The notes under the pieces are model-generated. The model was not told the origin of the DNA, searched no databases, and saw only the letters and a list, made by a program, of their open reading frames with translations. From positions 1-26,264 of IMG/VR virus record IMGVR_UViG_3300005758_000048: a DNA stretch of 26,264 bases; one strand, given 5' to 3'. This document shows positions 1 through 6,284 of the stretch, in pieces. The position numbers were made by a program, and so were the translations under genes. The DNA is from a virus. Taxonomy: Duplodnaviria; Caudoviricetes. Positions within the stretch are counted from its first letter, which is position 1; each line of letters starts with the position of its first letter.

Positions 1-57
1 TGATGCTCCAAATGGTGGTACGAAACAGGAACGAAACAGGGTTGCGATGATGCGGGT

Positions 58-1122
58 TTAGAGGGCGACATAGTTCCTCAATCGGTAGTACAGCTCACGC
101 TCAATGGTGGCGTCTGAATGGGAGTACAGAGCCAAATCCTCCCAGCGGTCGGCGTCGACCAAATCAAGGACCTGGTCGCCTGACATTTCGTAGCCGGCGG
201 GTGGCACGATGCCCAGCTGCTGACACAGCGTTTTGAGCTTCATCGGAGTTCCGGTCGGAAACAGAATCTGCATCAGGTCGATGGACTCTTTGGCGTACCT
301 GCCGCGATCCATGATCACCTCGCGGACTGGCAGCTGCAAAACCATCGAGCGGGCGACGATTACGCTGTCATCGAACCCCTTGATGTTGTAGCCGACGCGG
401 AACTCGAATCTGTCGATGCAATCCCACAGGTGATTGAGCAGGGCGACTTCATCCGCCGCGGTCTTGCAAAGGACGACATAAACGCGGTCCCGCGTTGCGA
501 TGCCAGCGCTGACAATGCGACAGCCAAACGGGGCAAAAGACAGTTTCCGCCACTCCTCCAGCTCCGAGGTGTCACACCCTGTCAGCTTGCCAATTTCTTC
601 GGTGATTGCTGACAGGAGCCCGATGCGATTTTTGCCGGCCGTTTCCAATGCCGTCAGCTCGTTGAGTTCGGCGAGCGACAGCTTTTCCAGTGCGGGCTTG
701 ATGGTGTTGATGGGCTTGCCCAGAAGGCTGTCCAGATTGCTACCCGAGTACGGTCGTTCAACCGGCAGCTTTGTTTCGGGGCGCGGAAATCGCGAATCGT
801 CCGGCACTGTTTCGAGATCGTAGACGAACCACGAACCACGCTGCGGAAGGATCTGCGGCAACTCGTCACAGCTCACCACCTGCACGTCCGTCACGGGCTC
901 ATCCGGCGGCGTCGTTTGGATTTCCGCTGGTTGTGCGGCCGGAGCCGGTGCTGGCGCTGCTGCTGGCGGTTGGGGTGTTTCGTCGGTACCGGGGATTGGT
1001 GTGAGGTGAAAGCTGTCACCGGCTGCCCACGCCACCTCCGGATTGGTCGTGGGTTTCGGTGTGGCTGGTGGTGCGTCGCTGCCGAACACGCCGGCAAACG
1101 GGTCTGAGTTATTGCTGGTCAT
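58..1122 (-). CDS. DEDD-type 3'-5' exonuclease (DnaQ/PolB-exonuclease-like) with Pro/Ala-rich N-terminus
   Basis: ExoI FVYDLETVP, ExoII VGYNIKGFD, ExoIII YSHSD motifs. Start placed at ATG 1122 (MTSNNS; ATGA overlap with upstream stop, AGAGG upstream) rather than 1260. Confidence 0.8.
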   Translation of the reverse strand: MTSNNSDPFAGVFGSDAPPATPKPTTNPEVAWAAGDSFHLTPIPGTDETPQPPAAAPAPAPAAQPAEIQTTPPDEPVTDVQVVSCDELPQILPQRGSWFVYDLETVPDDSRFPRPETKLPVERPYSGSNLDSLLGKPINTIKPALEKLSLAELNELTALETAGKNRIGLLSAITEEIGKLTGCDTSELEEWRKLSFAPFGCRIVSAGIATRDRVYVVLCKTAADEVALLNHLWDCIDRFEFRVGYNIKGFDDSVIVARSMVLQLPVREVIMDRGRYAKESIDLMQILFPTGTPMKLKTLCQQLGIVPPAGYEMSGDQVLDLVDADRWEDLALYSHSDATIERELYYRLRNYVAL

Positions 1123-1331
1123 CGATAAATTTCCTCTTTGGTAACGGGTCGCCGCTGGTTGTCCACCGAACCTGATCGGGAACGTAAGCGGCTGGTTGGG
1201 ATCTCGTATTGTCCGTCGGGTGTTGCTCCGCGCCGGGAGCGTTCTTCGGCTTCGGTCCATTCCGACTGGATCTGCTTTTTGCCAGCCTCAATCTCAGCCA
1301 GCGTCGGCAGAAAGCGGGGAAACGTCGTCAT
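1119..1331 (-). CDS. Small hypothetical phage protein (PTLAEIEAGKKQIQSEWTEAEERSRR)
   Basis: 70-aa ORF, AGGAG upstream, stop overlaps the exonuclease start. Confidence 0.65.
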   Translation of the reverse strand: MTTFPRFLPTLAEIEAGKKQIQSEWTEAEERSRRGATPDGQYEIPTSRLRSRSGSVDNQRRPVTKEEIYR

Positions 1332-1542
1332 AGATCAGGATCTCCTCTCGTGCAATGTGAACGTCTGCAGGTGCCTGGATTGTCAGTGAAACGTGGGTTG
1401 CGTCAATGCGATTCACGCCCACCCAAACATCCACGTCGCCCACGCGAATGAGCAGGCGCTGAAGTTTTTTGCGAGTGATTGTCAGCCCGGAGATTTTGCC
1501 GGGACGGTCGCTCATTTTTGGTCGTTTTGCGTTGGTAATCAT
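1294..1542 (-). CDS. csrA: CsrA/RsmA-like RNA-binding translational regulator
   Basis: LTITRK...IRVGDVDVWVGV..I....VSLTIQAPADVHIAREEI follows the CsrA pattern (L.L.RK..E.I.IG....V.lgI.AP..V.I.REEI). ATG 1542 has AAGGAAGGG RBS; the longer ORF start (1773) lies in the repeat array. Confidence 0.8.
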   Translation of the reverse strand: MITNAKRPKMSDRPGKISGLTITRKKLQRLLIRVGDVDVWVGVNRIDATHVSLTIQAPADVHIAREEILIYDDVSPLSADAG

Positions 1543-1559
1543 GTGGTTCCCTTCCTTGG

Positions 1560-1845
1560 TGTTCTGTGGTGTTGTGGTGGTCAAAATGTGCCATGCCATG
1601 CCGCGCCGCGCCAAGCCAGACCGTGCCTTGCCCCGCCGAGCCCCGCCTGACCGCGCCTTGCGCTGTGGTGTGGTGTATCGTGATTTGGTGGGTGAGATAA
1701 AAATCCATGCCTTGCCCCACCGGACCATGCCAGACCGTGCCCCGCCACGCCTGACGGAACCGAGCCGCACCATGCGGTGTGGTGTATCGGGTGAGAAGAA
1801 AATCCATGCCTCGCCCCGCCTGGCCCCACCCCGCCGCGTTGTGAT
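1560..1845 (-). ncRNA. GGY-NN pentamer array block 2: three putative guide-RNA units
   Basis: Minus strand units: 1835-1806 (6 pentamers; NN=GG,GG,CA,GG,GA,AT); 1771-1707 (13, one CGT variant; GC,TC,TC,CA,GT,GG,AC,CT,AT,CC,GG,AA,AT); 1657-1588 (14; GC,CA,GG,TC,GG,AA,AC,CT,TT,GC,GC,AT,AT,AC). Linkers GGATTTT...CTCACCC...CGATACACCACAC. The repeat is seen directly; RNA function is inferred. Confidence 0.8.
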
Positions 1846-2307
1846 TCACTTCGTCGGCTTCGGCGTCGCCGGAAACAGCTTCGGCCTGTCATTCACCACC
1901 GGCTGCAATGGTGCATCAGGTGTGGGCGTCTTCATCATCGCGAGCCTCGCCGCCTGCCGTGTGACGTTGTGGCCGAATTCGTCCCGCTGCTGCGGTGTCA
2001 ATTTGCTGACATCGACTCCGAGCAACCGCCGATGTGCTCGCCGTGCAATCCGGAGGCCATCCGCAAACCGCTTCGGATTGTACGCTGCGGAAGCCTGATC
2101 GGTGAGGATCTGCAGTCCATGCTGGGTCGCACGAACCGTGATGATCCGCCCAAATTTTGCCTTCATCGCCTGCTCAACGTCGGCTTTCAGTGCCAGCAGT
2201 TTCAGGGCGAATTTTTCGGGGTGCTCGTAACGGTCAATGCCAAGAATCTCGGTGCACTGAGTTTCCGTCAGCTCGTCGCCGAGGTTGAGTTTTGAGTAGT
2301 CCATCAT
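1846..2307 (-). CDS. Hypothetical protein embedded between the two pentamer arrays (candidate accessory factor)
   Basis: 153-aa ORF with AAGGA RBS, exactly filling the gap between array blocks; basic helix LRIARRAHRRL followed by VDVSKLT. Confidence 0.85.
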   Translation of the reverse strand: MMDYSKLNLGDELTETQCTEILGIDRYEHPEKFALKLLALKADVEQAMKAKFGRIITVRATQHGLQILTDQASAAYNPKRFADGLRIARRAHRRLLGVDVSKLTPQQRDEFGHNVTRQAARLAMMKTPTPDAPLQPVVNDRPKLFPATPKPTK

Positions 2308-2324
2308 TGCGAAAATCCTTTAGA

Positions 2325-2596
2325 GAAAATGTCCATGCCTCGCCACGCCCCGCCCCGCCGCGCCTTGCCATGCCTTGCCGAGCCTAGCCACGCCGCGTTG
2401 TGGTGTTTCGGGGAGTGAGATAAAAATCCATGCCTTGCCTCACCAAGCCAGACCTGGCCACGCCGCGCCGCGCCGCGCCGGGCCACGCCGGGCGGTGTGG
2501 TGTGGTGTTTCGGGTGTCTCAAAAATCCATGCCGTGCCCGACCCGGCCCTGCCTTGCCCTGCCCAGCCTAGCCGCGGCACGCCGAGCCCAGCCTGA
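2325..2596 (-). ncRNA. GGY-NN pentamer array block 1: three putative guide-RNA units
   Basis: Begins 3 nt after the stop of the Cas7-like gene. Units: 2593-2529 (13, one GCC variant; NN=TG,TC,GT,GC,TA,TG,AG,AA,AG,CG,CG,AC,AT); 2489-2430 (12; GT,CC,GC,GC,GC,GT,CA,CT,TT,GA,AA,AT); 2394-2335 (12; GT,TA,TC,AA,AT,AA,GC,GG,GG,GT,GA,AT). Each ends GGCATGGA then a T-run; linkers contain CCCGAAACACCACA. Confidence 0.8.
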
Positions 2597-3175
2597 TCAC
2601 TCTTCACTGACGACGCTGAACCGCCCAAACTTCGGCCGGTAGTCACACAGCCCGACCAGCCTTCCGGCGTCGCGGAGGGCCTTGGTCAGCTGCTCACGGT
2701 TGATCTGTTCGTCATCGTAGGCACAGGAAAATTCAAGTGCCCAGTTATTGAATTTTGGTCGCGTCCGCATCACGCGGCTGTTGTTGACGATCACCGGCGT
2801 AACGAATGCGTAGGTCTCGTGTTTCGCCCACAGTTCATCGACGGTCAGCTGTTCGCCATATTCCAAAACGGGATCTTCAAGCACCATCACAGCCGACTTA
2901 AACGAGGTGCCGAGCTTCGACTTTTTCGCGCCGCCGATGATGGTCCCTTCGATGTTCGCCGAGGGGATGATCACCTGTCCCTTTTCGTTCAGGTACAACG
3001 ATGCCCGAAACTCCAGCCGCTGAAGTTCGATGTGGTGTTCATCGGTCTTTTTGCGGAGGCCAGTAATCTCCTTCATCTGCTTTGCCAGTGGGTTGAGCGG
3101 ATTGGCCATTGCCCCGTTGTGCATCAGGAGTGGGGATTCGCCAACGATGCGGTAAGTAACTTCGTTCTGTGCCAT
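2597..3175 (-). CDS. Stand-alone Cas7/RAMP-fold RNA-binding protein (Vipr-like)
   Basis: 192 aa with RAMP-like motifs: N-terminal strand YRIVGESPLLMH, VIIPSANIEG (cf. IPgSSlKG), RTRPKFNNWALEF and C-terminal glycine-rich loop AGRLVGLCDYRPKFGRFSV; AAGGA RBS; directly upstream of the pentamer arrays. Confidence 0.78.
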   Translation of the reverse strand: MAQNEVTYRIVGESPLLMHNGAMANPLNPLAKQMKEITGLRKKTDEHHIELQRLEFRASLYLNEKGQVIIPSANIEGTIIGGAKKSKLGTSFKSAVMVLEDPVLEYGEQLTVDELWAKHETYAFVTPVIVNNSRVMRTRPKFNNWALEFSCAYDDEQINREQLTKALRDAGRLVGLCDYRPKFGRFSVVSEE

Positions 3176-3253
3176 GGTCTGAGGTCCTTAAGTTAGAATA
3201 AAACACGGTCTGAAATGGAACACAAAAACAAACGGTCATTCATCAAAACTCCA

Positions 3254-3327
3254 CCCCGGCGATTCGTTCGCTGCGGGGATCAGCCGCCCCGGTCGAAGGG
3301 GATCAGCCACGCGGTGAATCATCACCG
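3254..3327 (-). promoter_or_regulatory. Structured intergenic element: tandem hairpins with an 11-nt direct repeat
   Basis: + strand GGGGATCAGCC at 3275-3285 and 3298-3308, each closing a CCCC...GGGG stem, plus hairpin CGGTGA-ATCA-TCACCG at 3312-3327. Confidence 0.45.
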
Positions 3328-3391
3328 GACTCGCACGCTGTCATGTGCTGGCGGGGTGGGTTACGGTCGGTCTGAGATGGTCTGGTGTGGG

Positions 3392-4348
3392 TTATGCGAA
3401 GTGCGAAAGCGGTCTTGCATCGAGTTCCAAAATTCGCCGAACAACCAGCAAATACTGGTTTTCCATCTGCCGCATTTCGATCATGGAATCGACGTCCACG
3501 CCGATGGTCGGCTTACCGCTTTCGACGTGCTCATTGATCATCTGCGACAACTGGCGGAACCAGTCTGCGCGGGCCACGATTTGCGGTGTGGCGATGCGCT
3601 GCTGTTCGCTGGCGGACCACTCGTGCTCGCGTCGCTGTCGTTCGGCTTCTGCCCGAGCCTTTGCCGCCTCACGTGCCTGGGCTTCCTGCTCCGCCTGCAG
3701 TCGCATTGCCTCAGCCCGCCTCGCCTGCTCCTCACGGGCTATCCGCTGAGCCTCTTCGCGGTTTTTCGCCGCGATTGCGTCAGCCTCAGCCCGTTTGCGT
3801 GCCGCGATCTCCTGCTCACGCTTGCGGGTGTCGAGCGTGTCGAGCAAAGCAGCCCAAGACTCCGGCGTGTAGCCGACCAGTGACAGTGGTGTGGTTGCTC
3901 GCAGTTCTGCGACTCCCCACTCACCGTGGCGGGCCTGCAGCTGCTGGAGGCGTTCGGCGTGGACTGCGGCCTGAGCCTGGCGGATCCGGTCGGCTTTCTC
4001 GCGGGCCACGCGGTCCAGCTGAGCTTGCATCGCGTCTTCGATTGGCGACACCCGTGCGGTCAGTCGTTTGGCGAGGTCATTCACCCGGCGCTGCCAGTCG
4101 AGGGCGTCAGCGTTGAGCGACTTGCGGCAGTTGTCGATCTCGCAGCGAACCGCCTTCGCTGATTTGCGAACGGAATCAACCTGCTTTTCGCCGTCGGCCT
4201 CAATGGTGGTGTTGGCGAGCGACTCAACACGCTGAATCGCGATCTCGTGACTCTGCAGGCGTGCAAGCTGTGTGTCTGCAGGTGCTGCAGGTGTCGCCGC
4301 TTTCGGCGGGTCGATAAGATCGGAGGCAAATGGGTCTGGGGTCGTCAT
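3392..4348 (-). CDS. Coiled-coil phage early protein (DUF1351-like)
   Basis: Start MTTPDP at 4348 (TAATG overlap). VRCEIDNCRKSL...VNDLAKRL...IEDAM pattern followed by a long E/R/A/Q-rich helix; family call is tentative. Confidence 0.6.
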   Translation of the reverse strand: MTTPDPFASDLIDPPKAATPAAPADTQLARLQSHEIAIQRVESLANTTIEADGEKQVDSVRKSAKAVRCEIDNCRKSLNADALDWQRRVNDLAKRLTARVSPIEDAMQAQLDRVAREKADRIRQAQAAVHAERLQQLQARHGEWGVAELRATTPLSLVGYTPESWAALLDTLDTRKREQEIAARKRAEADAIAAKNREEAQRIAREEQARRAEAMRLQAEQEAQAREAAKARAEAERQRREHEWSASEQQRIATPQIVARADWFRQLSQMINEHVESGKPTIGVDVDSMIEMRQMENQYLLVVRRILELDARPLSHFA

Positions 4349-4455
4349 TACGCACGGTCTCCGAGAAGAAAAACAAGCGCGGTGGTAAATGCAATCGCAA
4401 GTGCCACCCCGCAACAGGCACCAGCAAAAAACGGTCCGAGGTCCGTGATGGTCAT
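4348..4455 (-). CDS. 35-aa single-pass membrane peptide
   Basis: MTITDLGPFFAGACCGVALAIAFTTALVFLLGDRA; overlaps both neighbours at start/stop codons (ATGA, TAATG). Confidence 0.6.
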   Translation of the reverse strand: MTITDLGPFFAGACCGVALAIAFTTALVFLLGDRA

Positions 4456-4736
4456 TGTGTCGGCTCCGGAAGCGGCAACAGAATCGGTGTGCAGATACAA
4501 CGCGCCCGCTCGCCCTGCAGTCGCGACAACTCCAGCTCCAATTGCCGGATGCGGATATCGCGGTCTTTGATCTCGCTTTCCAACCGGTCGCGAGTGTGGC
4601 CGTAGTACGTCGAGTACAGAGCGTCGCGGCATTTGTCACTGCAGGTAACGCGCGGACGGCCAACGGTGCCGCGCTGGCGGTCGATGGGTTGGTTACAGAC
4701 CCGGCAGAGGTTGACGATTGGGGTTGCGGTGGTCAT
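4452..4736 (-). CDS. Zinc-finger protein (CxxC...GRP...CSxxCR) with C-terminal coiled coil
   Basis: CRVCNQPI...GRPRVTCSDKCR; start at ATG 4736 by ATGA overlap. Confidence 0.75.
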   Translation of the reverse strand: MTTATPIVNLCRVCNQPIDRQRGTVGRPRVTCSDKCRDALYSTYYGHTRDRLESEIKDRDIRIRQLELELSRLQGERARCICTPILLPLPEPTQ

Positions 4737-4975
4737 GTGCTTCGGGTTTCCTCCGCTGCGTCGACTGCAGCGATCACTGCAGCCTGAGCGATTCTGAGGG
4801 ACTTCGCCTCGCCGCGGATCTGGCGGCGGCTGTCGGTCATGTAGTCGTAGTGGTCGGCGACAAAATGGAAAACGTCGGTGCGATAGACAATCAAAAGCCA
4901 GCCGCGGTGATAGGCATCCCACTGTCTGGCGGTCTTGTACCATTTCCACTCAACAGGTGGCGCTGCGGTGGTCAT
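4733..4975 (-). CDS. Hypothetical phage protein
   Basis: 80 aa, ATGA overlaps at both ends. Confidence 0.7.
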   Translation of the reverse strand: MTTAAPPVEWKWYKTARQWDAYHRGWLLIVYRTDVFHFVADHYDYMTDSRRQIRGEAKSLRIAQAAVIAAVDAAEETRST

Positions 4976-5448
4976 CGTGCCCGGCTCCCGTATGTGCCAT
5001 TGTGCAGTGCGTTGATGGTGATTGCCGCAACGGTTTTCTCTACCGTGTATCCTTGGCGGCGGTAGTCCTCAATTGTCTCACGCTCGCACTCAATGCGTCG
5101 CTCACTGTAATCGTGCAGCATCAGCAAAAATGAGCAGGCGGAAAAATAGCATTCGGCTGCGTCTGCCGTCGGCACTGCGAATTCGATCGGCAGGCAATCC
5201 GCCCACGCAATGACAACGCCGTGAGCGGGATAAATGCCCGGCATAATAAATTTCGGGCTGTCCGGATCTCCAGCCGCATATTTCAGGTAGCCGGCTCCGG
5301 CACCTGCAGGCAAACCGCCAACTGTAGACTGGACTGCGACCAGTACCCATTTGCGCTCAAGTGGCAGTTGTTGGCGGCGACCCTTCCGCCAGTCAAAGGC
5401 GGTCCACTGAATCGGTAGGATTGCTGATGTCGGTGTTGCGGTGGTCAT
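4972..5448 (-). CDS. Hypothetical phage protein (N-terminal DUF551-like W...LP....VLV...V.AW pattern)
   Basis: 158 aa, ACAGGAG upstream, stop overlaps next start. Confidence 0.7.
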   Translation of the reverse strand: MTTATPTSAILPIQWTAFDWRKGRRQQLPLERKWVLVAVQSTVGGLPAGAGAGYLKYAAGDPDSPKFIMPGIYPAHGVVIAWADCLPIEFAVPTADAAECYFSACSFLLMLHDYSERRIECERETIEDYRRQGYTVEKTVAAITINALHNGTYGSRAR

Positions 5449-5482
5449 GCCTGTGCAGTCTCCTGTGCGGCGTCGTGTGGCG

Positions 5483-5686
5483 TCAATCGAGATTGTCCAC
5501 GTAATCTTGGTCGTCGGAACTCAATTCCGAGCCGTCAGAATAGACCACCGTGCGGTCTGAATACCCACCCTGCCGCACGCAGCCAGCGTGATCTTTGTCG
5601 ATGCAGCGTTTTGCCGCCTTAATCGTCTTGTGCTTGTGCCCGCAACATCCGCGAACGCTGCCCATGGTTGTGTATGTGTCGCTCAT
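5483..5686 (-). CDS. Hypothetical protein with CGHKHKT motif (possible metal binding)
   Basis: 67 aa, strong RBS ACAGGAG; GSVRGCCGHKHKTI...C...D...C...GGYSDR. Confidence 0.75.
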   Translation of the reverse strand: MSDTYTTMGSVRGCCGHKHKTIKAAKRCIDKDHAGCVRQGGYSDRTVVYSDGSELSSDDQDYVDNLD

Positions 5687-5717
5687 CGCCCCTGACTCCT
5701 GTCTGGCTGTTTGGCTG

Positions 5718-5745
5718 AAAAACCCGCGGACAACTGCGCCCGCGG
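5718..5745 (-). terminator. Rho-independent terminator after the first early gene
   Basis: Minus strand CCGCGGGC-GCAGTT-GTCCGCGG followed by GTTTTT. Confidence 0.65.
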
Positions 5746-5770
5746 TGTGGTCTGTGCTGCAGGGGTGGTG

Positions 5771-6118
5771 CTACTGCCAGCGGTAATGAACGCCGCCGAC
5801 GTTCACGCGCCCGTAGTCTTTCGGGCTGTCCAGGATCTCAGCGGTGAGCACGTCGGCAAGATCGTCAGTCAGGTCAGCGGCTGGCAGATTTCGCCAATTG
5901 TGCCCCACGCCAGACCGATCGATCTGAATCGTTTTTCCGCAGACAATTGCCACGGTGTCGCGTTCCACCACCTTCACCTCCGGCTGCGTCTCGTGTTGCT
6001 CACACTCGTCGGCGATCTGCTCCGCTTCGGCGCGGCTGGAAACCCAGTCGCTGAGCAGTTCGCGGGAATTCACATTGAGGACGGCGTATTCGGTCGTTAC
6101 TGCTGCTGTCGTTGACAT
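5771..6118 (-). CDS. Hypothetical protein, first gene of the early operon
   Basis: ATG 6118 (MSTTAAVTTEY) with ACAGGAG RBS, downstream of the promoter. Confidence 0.75.
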   Translation of the reverse strand: MSTTAAVTTEYAVLNVNSRELLSDWVSSRAEAEQIADECEQHETQPEVKVVERDTVAIVCGKTIQIDRSGVGHNWRNLPAADLTDDLADVLTAEILDSPKDYGRVNVGGVHYRWQ

Positions 6119-6200
6119 TGCCCTGACTCCTGTCTGGCTGGTCTGATGAATCGGTCTGAATCGGTCTGTCACTCGCTGCGGTCATCAGCGGTGTGCAGGG

Positions 6201-6260
6201 AGTATCGTCGATCCGTGGCAGTGGGTCAAGGTTGTTCTGATAAAAAAATAAAAAAAATTC
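6201..6260 (-). promoter_or_regulatory. Sigma70-type promoter with UP element
   Basis: -35 TTGACC (6229-6224), 17-bp spacer, -10 GATACT (6206-6201), preceded by a conspicuous A/T tract (6240-6259) in an otherwise GC-rich sequence. Confidence 0.8.
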
Positions 6261-6284
6261 AAAACAGCGAAAAACGGCCGGAAA

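Larger units (their letters stand above)
5690..6140 (-). repeat. 20-bp exact direct repeat containing the RBS (CAGCCAGACAGGAGTCAGGG), copies at 5690-5709 and 6121-6140
   Basis: Identical 20-mers immediately upstream of the start codons at 5686 and 6118. Confidence 0.9.

Noticed and set aside
20-40. Tandem ACGAAACAGG x2 at the window edge
   Set aside because: Only two short copies with truncated context; no function supportable
1403-1892. Overlapping R/G/A/W-rich ORFs (1403-1849, 1581-1892, 1469-2098, N-terminal part of 1294-1773)
   Set aside because: Artefacts of stop-poor GGY-NN repeats: open in several frames on both strands, and 5-nt periodicity is not codon-compatible
1560-2596. Classical CRISPR array or simple microsatellite
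   Set aside because: No identical 23-50 bp repeats with unique spacers and no cas1/cas2; not a microsatellite because two of every five bases vary while three are fixed
2304-2646. ORFs 2304-2522, 2375-2596, 2430-2642, 2440-2646
   Set aside because: Same repeat-derived artefact
3350-3393. Weak GGT-periodic stretch on the + strand resembling a seventh unit
   Set aside because: Register breaks, wrong strand, and lacks the GGCATGGA end and linker
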